Assembly: GCF_003044035.1 (NCBI RefSeq)
Contig: NZ_NVQC01000022.1
Coordinates: 150,001 to 182,000 of the forward strand
DNA length: 32,000 nt
Direction of reading: 5' to 3'
From: Candidatus Methylomirabilis limnetica
GTDB taxonomy: Bacteria > Methylomirabilota > Methylomirabilia > Methylomirabilales > Methylomirabilaceae
Shown here piece after piece: positions 9,888 through 20,100 of the stretch. A program made the translations under genes and the position numbers. Each line of letters starts with the position of its first letter. Positions within the stretch are counted from its first letter, which is position 1. A model generated the notes under the pieces. The model saw only the letters and a list, made by a program, of their open reading frames with translations, was not told the origin of the DNA and made no database searches.

Positions 9888-10712
9888 CTAATCTTTTTTT
9901 CTGCGCTTCAAGATAAAGCGATCCGATGCTTTTCTCTTCTTCCTGGTTTTTCGCTCTAGCTTCCCCCATGGACTACAGGGATGGCGACCACCGGAGGATT
10001 TCCCTTCGCCACCGCCCATCGGGTGGTCATGAGGGTTCATGGCCACTCCACGAACTGACGGCCTGACCCCAAGCCATCGGGACCGACCAGCCTTCCCTAA
10101 CGAGACTTTCTCGTAGTCCAGGTTCCCTACCTGACCAATAACCGCCATACAATCAAGACTGATCCGACGTACCTCCCCAGAGGGAAGTTTCACCAAGCCG
10201 TAGTTACCCTCTTTAGCTAAAAATTGCACGCCGGATCCAGCGCTTCTAGCCAGTTGAGCTCCCTTGCCGGGCTTCAACTCAAGGTTATGAAGCGTCATGC
10301 CGACTGGAATCTTGCGTAATGGGAGGGCGTTGCCGATCTTGACATCAGCATCGCGACCGGACATCACCTGCTCACCGACCTGAAGGCCAAGCGGCCCAAC
10401 GATGTACCGCTTCTCCCCATCCGCGTAGTGCAGGAGAGCTATTCGCGCAGAACGGTTCGGATCGTACTCAATCGACGCCACCTTTGCGGGGACCCCGGTT
10501 TTGTCACGCTTGAAATCGATGAGGCGATACTGACGTTTGTGTCCACCCCCACGATGCCGAACAGTGATCCTACCAGCACTGTTTCGTCCCCCGCCCTTGA
10601 CGAGCGGACGGAGAAGCGCCTTCTCCGGGGTAGCTTTAGTCACATCGTCGTACGTCAGAACCGTCTGGAAGCGCCTGCCTGCGGATGTCGGCTTGTATGC
10701 TCTGATCGGCAT
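9888..10712 (-). CDS. rplB: 50S ribosomal protein L2
   Basis: 274 aa with [21 protein letters not shown]. Confidence 0.97.
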   Translation of the reverse strand: MPIRAYKPTSAGRRFQTVLTYDDVTKATPEKALLRPLVKGGGRNSAGRITVRHRGGGHKRQYRLIDFKRDKTGVPAKVASIEYDPNRSARIALLHYADGEKRYIVGPLGLQVGEQVMSGRDADVKIGNALPLRKIPVGMTLHNLELKPGKGAQLARSAGSGVQFLAKEGNYGLVKLPSGEVRRISLDCMAVIGQVGNLDYEKVSLGKAGRSRWLGVRPSVRGVAMNPHDHPMGGGEGKSSGGRHPCSPWGKLERKTRKKRKASDRFILKRRKKD

Positions 10713-11003
10713 CTATACTCCCTCGAAGAACTCGATGCTTTCCCCGACTTTCAGGGTTGCCACCGCCTTCTTCCAACTTGGTGTCTGACCGACAAAGCGG
10801 CCTACCCGCTTCTTTTTGCCGTTGACGTTGAGCGTCCGCACAGACAGTACCTTTACCCGAAACAGCGATTCGACCGCACGCTTGATTTCGATTTTATTCG
10901 CACCTCGGGCTACCTCGAAGAGGTACTGGTTGCTGTGCTCCTTCAAATCTGTCCCCTTCTCAGTGATAAGAGGACGACGGATAATCTGGTATGGCTCTTT
11001 CAT
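10713..11003 (-). CDS. rplW: 50S ribosomal protein L23
   Basis: ORF 10713-11012 starts at a GTG. ATG 11003 gives an ATGA overlap with the rplD stop. L23-like ([11 protein letters not shown]). Start ambiguity is 9 nt. Confidence 0.92.
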   Translation of the reverse strand: MKEPYQIIRRPLITEKGTDLKEHSNQYLFEVARGANKIEIKRAVESLFRVKVLSVRTLNVNGKKKRVGRFVGQTPSWKKAVATLKVGESIEFFEGV

Positions 11004-11635
11004 GGCTTCCACGCCTCTTCTACCACGCTCACCGCATTCTTGGTCATGATAAGGACATCATGCCTCAGGATATCATACACGTTCAGCCCCTGGGTCGGTA
11101 AAAGCGTGAGATAGGGCAGATTGCGGCACGACATGGATGTCGCATCATCTCGCTGAACTCGTTCTGTGATGATCAGGGCTCGCCCAGCAACACCCAACTT
11201 CTCCAGCAGCGTCTTGAATGCCTTGGTGCTTGGCTCCTCCAGCGAGAGACTCTCCAACACCATAAACTGCCCGGCCCGGACCTTATCAGAAAGGGCAGCA
11301 CGAAGCGCGGCAGCCCGCACCTGTCGCGGCACTGCGTAGCTATAGCTCCGAGGCTTGGGACCGAACACGGTCCCTCCGCCGCGCCACAAGGGTGATCGAC
11401 TCGATCCAGCCCGAGCCCGCCCTGTCCCCTTTTGCTTCCAAGGTTTTTTCCCGCCCCCGCGAACATCAGACCGCGTGCGGGTTGAAGCGGTCCCCTGACG
11501 CCGATTCGCGAGTTGCATCTTGACGACGTCGTGCAGGAGCTGCGGCACCGCAGCAGCATCGAAAATCGCCTCATCAAGGGCGAAATCCGCCATTTTCAGA
11601 CCATTCGTATCTAAAGCCTGGACCATGACTGCCAT
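11000..11635 (-). CDS. rplD: 50S ribosomal protein L4
   Basis: ORF 11000-11692 trimmed to ATG 11635, which lies 4 nt after the rplC stop with GAGG 8 nt upstream. Contains [15 protein letters not shown]. Confidence 0.93.
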   Translation of the reverse strand: MAVMVQALDTNGLKMADFALDEAIFDAAAVPQLLHDVVKMQLANRRQGTASTRTRSDVRGGGKKPWKQKGTGRARAGSSRSPLWRGGGTVFGPKPRSYSYAVPRQVRAAALRAALSDKVRAGQFMVLESLSLEEPSTKAFKTLLEKLGVAGRALIITERVQRDDATSMSCRNLPYLTLLPTQGLNVYDILRHDVLIMTKNAVSVVEEAWKP

Positions 11636-11639
11636 CGCC

Positions 11640-12272
11640 TTAGCCTCGCTTGCTGATCGTGACCAGGCCACCTGCCGGCCCAGGTACTGCACCGCGAACC
11701 AACAACAGGTTCTGCTCTGGAATAACCTTCACCACCTTGAGCCCTTTGACGGTCATCGTATCGGTACCCATCCGTCCTGGCATATGGTGTCCCCTGAAGA
11801 CGCGCGACGGAAAGGACGATGCGCCGATTGAGCCTGGTGCTCGATGGAACATAGAGCCATGGGTCGCAGGACCGCCTCGATACCCCCACCGCTTGACCCC
11901 GCCCTGAAACCCTTTGCCCTTTGTGATACCAGTAACTCGGACTTTCTCTCCCTGCTCGAAGAGGCCCACGGTCAATATCTGGCCAATAGAATAATTCGAA
12001 TCCTCCGTGGGCTCCAGTCTAAACTCCCTCAGATACTTCTGCGGAGCGACTTTGGCCTTGTCGAAGTAGCCCTTGAGAGGCTTAGTGACGTTCTGGGCCT
12101 TGCGTTCCGCCTGATAGCCGATCTGAACCGCCTCATAGCCGTTGGTGCTGATGGTCCTTCGCTGCACCACTGGACACGGACCCACCTCGATGATAGTAAC
12201 CGAGACGGCAACACCACTTTCGTCGAATAGTTGCGTCATTCCGACCTTTTTGCCAAGCAATCCTATGCTCAT
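11640..12272 (-). CDS. rplC: 50S ribosomal protein L3
   Basis: 210 aa with GLLGKKVGMTQ and GKGFQGGVKRW. Confidence 0.97.
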   Translation of the reverse strand: MSIGLLGKKVGMTQLFDESGVAVSVTIIEVGPCPVVQRRTISTNGYEAVQIGYQAERKAQNVTKPLKGYFDKAKVAPQKYLREFRLEPTEDSNYSIGQILTVGLFEQGEKVRVTGITKGKGFQGGVKRWGYRGGPATHGSMFHRAPGSIGASSFPSRVFRGHHMPGRMGTDTMTVKGLKVVKVIPEQNLLLVRGAVPGPAGGLVTISKRG

Positions 12273-12291
12273 ATCAAATAGCCTTTAGCAT

Positions 12292-12343
12292 TCAGCCGTC
12301 AGCTTTCAGCTAGAAGCTGAGTGCTGATAGCTGATAGCTGTTA
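12292..12343. repeat. Inverted heptamer array, 3 x TCAGCNN facing 4 x GCTGANN (rpsJ-rplC spacer)
   Basis: tcagccg tcagctt tcagcta | gaa | gctgagt gctgata gctgata gctgtta, all in exact 7-nt phase. Confidence 0.85.
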
Positions 12344-12649
12344 GAGCTTAATCTCGACATCGACGCCGGCAGGCAGATCGAGTCGCATGAGGGCGTCTAC
12401 AGTCTGGGGCTGCGCATCCAGGATATCCATCAGGCGAATATGCGTCCGAATCTCGAACTGTTCGCGAGATTTCTTATCGATGTGAGGTGAGCGTAAGACC
12501 GTAAACCGACTAATTTTTGTCGGTAGCGGAATGGGCCCAGACACCCTTGCACCCGTTCGTTGCGCCGTACTGACAATCTCCCTGGCCGACTGGTCAAGGA
12601 TTCGATGATCATAGGCCTTCAGCCTAATTCGTATTCGCTGATTTTCCAT
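12341..12649 (-). CDS. rpsJ: 30S ribosomal protein S10
   Basis: ORF 12341-12658 begins at a TTG. ATG 12649 gives [20 protein letters not shown], colinear with E. coli S10. Start ambiguity is 9 nt. Confidence 0.93.
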   Translation of the reverse strand: MENQRIRIRLKAYDHRILDQSAREIVSTAQRTGARVSGPIPLPTKISRFTVLRSPHIDKKSREQFEIRTHIRLMDILDAQPQTVDALMRLDLPAGVDVEIKL

Positions 12650-12664
12650 CTTTACCAATTCTAC

Positions 12665-13871
12665 CCCCTACTCCACGACCTCGCTCACCACGCCGGCCCC
12701 AACAGTGCGGCCCCCCTCGCGGATTGCGAAACGCAGCTCCTTCTCCATGGCGATCGGCTGGATCAATTCGACCGTGAGGCTCACGTTATCCCCCGGCATG
12801 ACCATCTCGGTTCCTGCTGGGAGCGTGCAGACGCCGGTCACGTCTGTCGTTCGAAAGTAGAACTGGGGCCGATAGCCGTTGAAGAAGGGGGTGTGACGGC
12901 CACCTTCTTCCTTGGTGAGGATGTACGCCTCGGCCTTAAAGCGCAAGTGGGGCGGGATGGAGCCAGGCTTCGCCACCACTTGGCCACGCTCGACTTCCTC
13001 GCGCTTGGTCCCCCGCAGCAGGAGCCCGACGTTGTCCCCCGCCTGGCCCTGGTCGAGGAGCTTGCGGAACATCTCGACGCCGGTCACCACGGTCCGCTGG
13101 GTGTCCCGGATGCCGACGAGCTCGACCTCGTCTGATACCTTGATGATGCCGCGCTCAATACGGCCGGTGACAACGGTCCCGCGCCCGGAGATCGAGAAGA
13201 CGTCCTCGATAGGCATCAGGAACGGCTTGTCAAGGACCCGGACGGGCATGGGGAAGAAGCTGTCCACGGCGTCCATGAGCTCGAAGATGGGTGCGGCGTC
13301 GGGGTCGGTCCGCAGCCCGCTGCCGGTCTCCAGCGCTTTTAGTGCGCTGCCGCGGATGATTGGGGTCTCGTCCCCGGGGAAGTTGTAGAGCGTCAGCAGC
13401 TCACGGACCTCCAGCTCGACGAGCTCGATCAGTTCGGGGTCATCGACCAGGTCGACCTTATTCAGGAAGACGACGAGGTTCGGAACGTTGACCTGACGAG
13501 CGAGGAGGATGTGCTCACGCGTCTGGGGCATGGGCCCCTCGGAGGCGGCGACGACCAGGATCGCGCCATCCATCTGGGCGGCGCCGGTGATCATGTTCTT
13601 GATGTAGTCGGCGTGGCCGGGGCAGTCGACATGGGCGTAGTGACGCTTGGCCGTCTCGTACTCGACGTGGGCGATGTTGATGGTGATCCCCCGCTCCTTC
13701 TCCTCCGGTGCCTTGTCGATCTGGTCGAAGGGGACGAAGGCGACCTTCGCGTTCGCCGCGTGCAGGACCTTCGTGATCGCCGCGGTCAGGGTGGTCTTCC
13801 CGTGGTCGATGTGCCCGATGGTCCCGATGTTCATGTGCTCTTTCGTCCGCTCAAACTTAGCCTTGCCCATA
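12665..13871. repeat. 1207-bp direct repeat, copy A (tuf CDS plus 3 nt 3' and 1 nt 5')
   Basis: Constant offset of 16306 to copy B. The minus-frame protein is identical, and overlapping plus-frame ORF translations are identical too (12912-13388 = 29218-29694, 13511.. = 29817.., 13647.. = 29953..). Spot-checked lines are identical. Confidence 0.9.
12668..13870 (-). CDS. tuf: Elongation factor Tu, copy in the str operon
   Basis: ORF 12668-13876 trimmed to ATG 13870, with AAGGAG 7 nt upstream. Contains [18 protein letters not shown] and NKVD. 400 aa. Confidence 0.97.
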   Translation of the reverse strand: MGKAKFERTKEHMNIGTIGHIDHGKTTLTAAITKVLHAANAKVAFVPFDQIDKAPEEKERGITINIAHVEYETAKRHYAHVDCPGHADYIKNMITGAAQMDGAILVVAASEGPMPQTREHILLARQVNVPNLVVFLNKVDLVDDPELIELVELEVRELLTLYNFPGDETPIIRGSALKALETGSGLRTDPDAAPIFELMDAVDSFFPMPVRVLDKPFLMPIEDVFSISGRGTVVTGRIERGIIKVSDEVELVGIRDTQRTVVTGVEMFRKLLDQGQAGDNVGLLLRGTKREEVERGQVVAKPGSIPPHLRFKAEAYILTKEEGGRHTPFFNGYRPQFYFRTTDVTGVCTLPAGTEMVMPGDNVSLTVELIQPIAMEKELRFAIREGGRTVGAGVVSEVVE

Positions 13872-13903
13872 GTCAACTCCTTTAGATGCGAAACCGAATC
13901 CGA

Positions 13904-15997
13904 TTACCGTCCGCCGTGTCGTCCACCCATACGGGCCACAATCTCCCCAGCAATACTGGCGGGGACCGGTTCGTAGCGTGAAAACTGCATCGAGTGGGCG
14001 GCCCGACCCTGGGTCGCTGAACGGAGGTCAGTGGCGTACCCAAACATCTCGGAGAGCGGTACGTCCGCTTGAATCACCTGGGCGACAGATCTAGCCTCAA
14101 TCCCAATCACCCGACCACGACGCGAGTTCAGATTACCGATAACCTCACCCAGGAAGGCCTCCGGCGTAGAGACATCGACTCGCATAATCGGTTCCAGCAG
14201 AACCGGCTTCGCGCGCCTGGTCCCCTCTTTGAAAGCCATTGAGCCTGCGATCTTAAACGACATCTCCGAGGAGTCGACCTCGTGATACGATCCGTCAAAG
14301 AGGGTAACCTTCAAATCAATGACGGGGTAGCCGGCCACCACCCCGGTATGCAATGCCTCCTTAACACCCTTCTCCACCGCGGAGATATACTCTTTGGGCA
14401 CGACGCCACCAACAATCTTATTGACAAATTCAAATCCCGATTGAGCGGTGGAGGGTTCCACTTTGAGCCAGACGTGTCCGTACTGTCCACGCCCACCGGT
14501 TTGCCGCACATACTTACCCTCAGCCTCGGCAGTGGTCGTCACGGTTTCACGATAGGCAACCTCTGGCTTGCCGACATTGGCCTCAACTCGAAACTCCCGT
14601 TGGAGCCTGTCGACGATAATCTCGAGATGCAGCTCTCCCATTCCGGAGATGATCGTCTGGCCAGTCTCTTCGTCCGTGCTGGCGCGAAATGTCGGATCCT
14701 CATTAGCCAAAGCTTGAAGTCCCGTCGCGAGCCTATCTTGCCCTTCTTTCGTTTTCGGCTCAATGGCCACAGAGATCACCGGCTCAGGAAAAACGATCGA
14801 TTCCAGAATAATCTGGTTGCCCTCATCGCACAGGGTGTCGCCCGTTTTGGCACCCTTGAGCCCTACGGCAGCCGCAATGTCACCGGCAAAGACCTCTTTG
14901 ATCTCCTCGCGCTTGTTGGCATGCATTTGCAGCAGCCGTCCAATACGCTCCCGTGTGCCTCGCGTAGAGTTATACACGTGGCTCCCTGACGTGAGGGTGC
15001 CTGAGTAGACCCTGAAGAAGGCCAGTTGTCCCACATAGGGATCCGTCATGATCTTAAACACTAAGGCTGAGAAGGGGTCACTTATCTTCGGGACCCGGAC
15101 CACAGACTTTGTGCGCGTCGAATCAAGACCTTCGATGGGCGGTAGGTCGATCGGGGACGGGAGATAGTCTACCACGGCATCGAGTAATAGCTGGACACCC
15201 TTGTTCTTGAACGAGGCGCCAGCAAGAACCGGGACCAGCAGGAGCTTGAGCGCCGCGCCACGAATCGCGGTTTTGATCTCCTCCGGTCCAACCGCGAGAC
15301 CATCCACATAGCGGACGAGGAAGCTATCGTCCACTTCAGCGATGGTCTCCAGCATCCGCTCGCGAGCAGCATGAGCCAGTGAGCGCATCTCCTCAGAGAT
15401 TTCATCCTCCCTGTAGTTCGCCCCTAGAGCCTCATCGTCCCAGATCACCGCCTTCATCCGGATCAGGTCTACGACACCCTCGAAATGATCCTCACTACCA
15501 ATGGGAAGCTGCACAACCAATGGAACAGCCCCCAGACGCTCAGCGATCATTCGAACGCACATATCAAAATTAGCCCCCATCCGATCCATCTTATTGATGA
15601 AGGCGATCCGGGGAACACCGTACTTGTCTGCTTGATGCCACACCGTCTCAGACTGGGGCTCCACGCCGGCCACCGCGTCGAAGAGGGCCACCGCCCCATC
15701 CAGCACTCGAAGCGATCGCTCAACCTCAACCGTAAAATCGACGTGTCCGGGCGTGTCGATGATATTGATGCGATGGTCCCGCCAGAAGCAGGTGGTGGTG
15801 GCTGAGGTGATCGTTATTCCACGCTCACGCTCCTGCTCCATCCAGTCCATCTCGGTGGACCCCTCGTGCACCTCTCCGATCTTATACGTCCTGCCGGTAT
15901 AGTACAGGATCCGCTCGGTGGTAGTAGTCTTCCCGGCGTCAATGTGCGCCATAATTCCGATGTTTCTGACCGTATCTATTGGATATATATCAGGCAT
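13904..15997 (-). CDS. fusA: Elongation factor G
   Basis: 697 aa with [15 protein letters not shown] and DTPGHVDF. Confidence 0.97.
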   Translation of the reverse strand: MPDIYPIDTVRNIGIMAHIDAGKTTTTERILYYTGRTYKIGEVHEGSTEMDWMEQERERGITITSATTTCFWRDHRINIIDTPGHVDFTVEVERSLRVLDGAVALFDAVAGVEPQSETVWHQADKYGVPRIAFINKMDRMGANFDMCVRMIAERLGAVPLVVQLPIGSEDHFEGVVDLIRMKAVIWDDEALGANYREDEISEEMRSLAHAARERMLETIAEVDDSFLVRYVDGLAVGPEEIKTAIRGAALKLLLVPVLAGASFKNKGVQLLLDAVVDYLPSPIDLPPIEGLDSTRTKSVVRVPKISDPFSALVFKIMTDPYVGQLAFFRVYSGTLTSGSHVYNSTRGTRERIGRLLQMHANKREEIKEVFAGDIAAAVGLKGAKTGDTLCDEGNQIILESIVFPEPVISVAIEPKTKEGQDRLATGLQALANEDPTFRASTDEETGQTIISGMGELHLEIIVDRLQREFRVEANVGKPEVAYRETVTTTAEAEGKYVRQTGGRGQYGHVWLKVEPSTAQSGFEFVNKIVGGVVPKEYISAVEKGVKEALHTGVVAGYPVIDLKVTLFDGSYHEVDSSEMSFKIAGSMAFKEGTRRAKPVLLEPIMRVDVSTPEAFLGEVIGNLNSRRGRVIGIEARSVAQVIQADVPLSEMFGYATDLRSATQGRAAHSMQFSRYEPVPASIAGEIVARMGGRHGGR

Positions 15998-16004
15998 CTT
16001 GATG

Positions 16005-16101
16005 TTCCGACTTTCGGGTTTTGAGTCCCGAGTTTCGGGTGTCGGGTTCCGAGCGGCGCATGCCGACCCGAAACTCTAAACGTGAAACTCGAAACTGGTG
16101 A
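16005..16101. repeat. Inverted heptamer array, 7 x TNNCGRG facing 4-5 x CNNGAAA (rpsG-fusA spacer)
   Basis: ttccgac tttcggg ttttgag tcccgag tttcggg tgtcggg ttccgag at 16005-16053, facing cccgaaa ctctaaa cgtgaaa ctcgaaa ctggtga at 16067-16101. Confidence 0.85.
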
Positions 16102-16572
16102 TTACCAGCGATAATGGGCAAACGCCTTATTCGCTTCCGCCATCTTGTGCGTATCTTCCTTCTTCTTCACCGAGCTTCCCCGGTTAGCCGCAGCTTCAAT
16201 CAACTCGGCAGCGAGCCGCTCTGCCATCGTCTTCTCTGTGCGCTTTCTGGAGAAGCCAATGATCCAACGAAACGCCAGGGAGTTCCGTCGCTCCGCTCGG
16301 ACCTCCACCGGTACCTGATAGGTCGCACCCCCTACCCGACGCGACTTAACTTCAAGTACTGGTTTGACGTTGTCAACGGCCTGCTTGAACATTCGCAACG
16401 GGTCGGTTTTAGCCCGATCCTCAATGATCTTCATTGACCCGTAGACAATCGACTCGGCAACGCTTTTCTTGCCTTGAACCATCATGCTATTGATAAACTT
16501 CGTAACCATTCGGTTACTATAAACAGGATCAGCGAGGGTCTCTCGTTTCTCAATTACTTTTCGTCTGGGCAT
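16102..16572 (-). CDS. rpsG: 30S ribosomal protein S7
   Basis: 156 aa with [11 protein letters not shown] and AFAHYRW. Confidence 0.97.
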   Translation of the reverse strand: MPRRKVIEKRETLADPVYSNRMVTKFINSMMVQGKKSVAESIVYGSMKIIEDRAKTDPLRMFKQAVDNVKPVLEVKSRRVGGATYQVPVEVRAERRNSLAFRWIIGFSRKRTEKTMAERLAAELIEAAANRGSSVKKKEDTHKMAEANKAFAHYRW

Positions 16573-16610
16573 TGCGCGCTCTCCGAAATAGTTGGTCGTC
16601 CACGTAACCG

Positions 16611-16655
16611 GAAAATCAAAATCGGCGCTTCAGGCAAGGTGCGTGAAGAGCCGAT
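16611..16655 (-). terminator. Terminator- or attenuator-like hairpin plus U-tract in the rpsL-rpsG spacer
   Basis: 16621-16632 (atcggcgcttca) pairs with 16644-16655 (tgaagagccgat) in 11 of 12 positions, and 2 more bp are possible inside the loop. On the transcribed (minus) strand the stem is followed directly by TTTGATTTTC (16620-16611). Confidence 0.35.
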
Positions 16656-16677
16656 CTCTCTTCAATACCGAAGGTCG

Positions 16678-17055
16678 TTAACTGATCTTTGGTCTCTTGG
16701 CGCCGTAAAGTGATCGGCCCTGTTTGCGATCCTGGACTCCCGCCGTATCAAGAGCACCACGAATCACGTGATAGCGGACGCCCGGCAGATCCTTGACACG
16801 ACCTCCCCTGATCAGAATAATGGAGTGCTCCTGCAGATTGTGCCCGACTCCCGGAATATACGTTGTCACCTCAATTCCATTACTGAGGCGAACCCTGGTC
16901 ACCTTTCGAAGGGCCGAATTCGGTTTCTTTGGGGTGGTCGTATAGACACGAATGCATACCCCGCGTCGCTGGGGACATCCCTGTAACGCCGGCGTCTTGG
17001 CCTTCTTGACGGCTGCGGCTCGACCCTTACGAACTAACTGGTGAATGGTGGGCAC
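16678..17055 (-). CDS. rpsL: 30S ribosomal protein S12
   Basis: 125 aa with [11 protein letters not shown] and [14 protein letters not shown] start with GGAGG 5 nt upstream. Confidence 0.97.
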   Translation of the reverse strand: MPTIHQLVRKGRAAAVKKAKTPALQGCPQRRGVCIRVYTTTPKKPNSALRKVTRVRLSNGIEVTTYIPGVGHNLQEHSIILIRGGRVKDLPGVRYHVIRGALDTAGVQDRKQGRSLYGAKRPKIS

Positions 17056-17085
17056 CGATTCCTCCCTCTCTATGGCAATCTCGTT

Positions 17086-17113
17086 ATTATACAGACTCGC
17101 TGTCTATTGTCAA
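17086..17113 (-). promoter_or_regulatory. Consensus sigma70-type promoter for rpsL (str operon)
   Basis: The minus strand reads TTGACA (17113-17108), then a 16-nt spacer, then TATAAT (17091-17086). The implied TSS is about 25 nt upstream of the rpsL GTG. The 76-nt spacer is AT-rich. Confidence 0.65.
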
Positions 17114-17131
17114 GCCCTTTCATTACTTATT

Positions 17132-20100
17132 TTAATTATCAAGCGACGCATCCAGCTCGTCCGGTCCCCGGTCAACTGCCACAATCGCCCCCGTTAAGGC
17201 CGCCTTCGACAACGCCACCTCAGGTGTGGAAATCGTCGTGTCTCTGTACCACCTCATCCCTGTGCCAGCCGGAATCAGTCGCCCCATGATGACGTTCTCT
17301 TTCAGGCCACGCAATTCATCCCTCGCCCCATTGATGGCTGCCTCTGTCAAGACCTTAGTGGTTTCCTGAAACGAGGCGGCAGAGATGAAACTGTCAGTGG
17401 AGAGTGACGCCTTCGTAATGCCTAAGAGAAGAGGCTTAGCGGTGGCAGCGGCCCCGCCTGAGGCCATTGCGCGATGGTTCTCCTCTAGGAAAGTAGCCTT
17501 ATCAACATGCTCGCCGATCAAGAAGTGAGTATCTCCAGACGCCTCGACCAGCACCCGCTTGAGCATCTGCCTGACGATTACCTCAATATGCTTGTCGTTG
17601 ATCTGTACCCCCTGGAGCCGGTAGACTTCCTGGATTTCATTTACCAGATACTTCTGCAGTTCCTGTTCGCCCAACACGTCCAGGATATCGTGCGGGTTTA
17701 TGGGGCCGTCCATAAAGGGCTCGCCAGCCTTGACTTCATCCCCCTCCAGCACATTGATATGCCGACGTCGCGGAATCAAGTATTCTCTGGGCACGCCGTG
17801 CTCGTCCCTGACGGAAAGCTTACGCATGCCCTTGGCGATGCCACCCAATTCTACATGACCGTTGATCTCGGAGATGACAGCAGCATCCTTTGGCCTGCGT
17901 GCCTCGAATAGCTCAGCCACCCGTGGGAGACCACCCGTGATGTCCTTGGTTTTCATCGTCTCCCGCGGGATCCTCGACACACTGTCTCCAGCCGACACCA
18001 TCTGCCCCTCGCTCACCATGATGTGAGCGCTGACAGGCAGCAGGCAGCGGAAGACGGTCGCGCCATGCTCGTCCTTAATCGAGACCCGAGGCTGCAAGTC
18101 CTCCCGTCCGTGCTCCACTACGACCCGCTGAGATAGGCCGGTGACCTCATCCACTTCCTCCCTGATGGTCACCCCCTCGACGACATCCCGAAAGTGCACC
18201 ATTCCACCGTGTTCTGTCAAGATCGCGTTCGTAAAGGGATCCCACTCCATCAACACCTGCCCAGCTTTCACTGTCGCGCCATCCTCCACTTTCAGGTGAG
18301 CACCGTAGACTGCAGGGTAGCTTTCTTTCTTGCGGCCCTTCTCATCGATGACGCTGATCGTACCATTCCGGTTCATCACCACGTAGTCGCCCTTGGGGGC
18401 CTTAACCGTACGCAGGCTCGTGAACCTGACGATCCCCGTTCCCTTGCATTCGAGAGTACTCTGCTCGACAGAACGGCTCGCAGTACCCCCTATGTGGAAA
18501 GTTCGCATGGTCAACTGGGTCCCAGGCTCACCGATAGACTGCGCCGCTATGACACCGCACGCCTCTCCCAATTCCACCAGCCTGCCGGTAGCAAGGTTGC
18601 GGCCGTAGCACCTGATGCAGATACCTCGTCGCGCCTCGCAGGTAAGGACCGAGCGAATTTTGACCCTATCGAGGCCGGCATTTTCGATATTGCTGGCCAG
18701 CACCTCCACGATCTCCTGATTGGCCTCTACCAACACCTCTCCCGTGAAGGGATCAAGAATTTCATCCAGGGCTACCCGACCGAGGATTCGATCACGCAGG
18801 GGCTGGATGATCTCGCCCCCTTCGATGAGGGGGGTGACCCATATCCCGTTGGGCGTACCGCAATCCATCTCGGCCACGATGACATCCTGCGCCACGTCTA
18901 CCAATCGGCGAGTGAGATAGCCGGAATCGGCCGTCTTCAGGGCCGTATCTGCCAGGCCCTTTCGCGCCCCGTGAGTTGAGATAAAGTACTGAAGAACAGT
19001 GAGCCCCTCCCGGAAGTTCGCGGTGATTGGGGTCTCGATGATCTCTCCGGAGGGTTTGGCCATCAAGCCGCGCATGCCTGCCAACTGCCTGATCTGCTGC
19101 CGGCTGCCTCTCGCGCCAGAGTCGGCCATCATGAAGACCGGGTTGAATTCCCCCTTCTCCTCAGCCTCGATCTCTCGGAACATCTCGTCCGACACGCGTT
19201 CGGTTACGTGGGTCCAGATGTCGATAATCTTATTGTAACGCTCGCCTTTGGTGATCAGACCATCCTGATATTCACCATCGATCTTGACGATCTCCTTATG
19301 GGCATCGTCGATCAACGCGCCTTTGGTAGATGGAATATGCATGTCGTCGATGCCAATCGAGATGCCGGCGAGCGTGGCGTATCTGAACCCGAGGTCCTTC
19401 AGGTTGTCCAGAAGCTTTACTGTTTCCACATTCCCGAGAAGGTAGTGGCACTGCGCAACGAGACGGGTCAACTCCCGTCTATTCATCTCCTGGTTGATGA
19501 ACCGGAGCGTCTCCGGCAAGTGCTCATTGAAGATGCAGCGCCCCACGGTGGTCTCAATCATTTCGCCTTCGAAGCGGACCTTGACCCTGGCCAGCAAACC
19601 CACTTCCTCGGCATCATAGGCCGCCCTGACCTCGTCCATATCGGAGAACACATGGCCCTCGCCCTTCTCGCCAGACCTGCTCCGAGTCAGGTAGTAGCAA
19701 CCCAGCACGATATCCTGGCTTGGGGTAACGACAGGCAAACCGTTTGCCGGAGAAAGGATATTATGGGAAGCCAACATCAGCACCGAGGCTTCAATCTGGG
19801 CCTCCGGCGACAGAGGCACATGGACGGCCATCTGGTCACCGTCAAAGTCAGCATTGAAGGCCGCGCAGACCAGGGGATGAATCTTGATCGCTTCGCCTTC
19901 CACCAGTACGGGTTCAAAGGCCTGCACGCCCAGCCGATGCAGCGTCGGGGCACGGTTCAGGAGGACCGGGTGCTCGTGAATCACCTCCTCCAGGGCATCC
20001 CATACCTCAGGCTTACCCTTTTCTACCAGCTTCTTGGCACTCTTGATGGTGGTGACAACGCCGTCCTTGAGTAGCTTCCTGAAGATGAAGGGTTTGAATA

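Noticed and set aside
10428-15008. Plus-strand ORFs antisense to rplB, rplW, rplD, tuf and fusA (10428-11114, 12560-13135, 14282-14989 and others), plus minus-strand off-frame ORFs such as 7158-7481 and 11173-11577.
   Set aside because: Same reasoning as above. They overlap conserved genes in other frames and have no independent coding signal.
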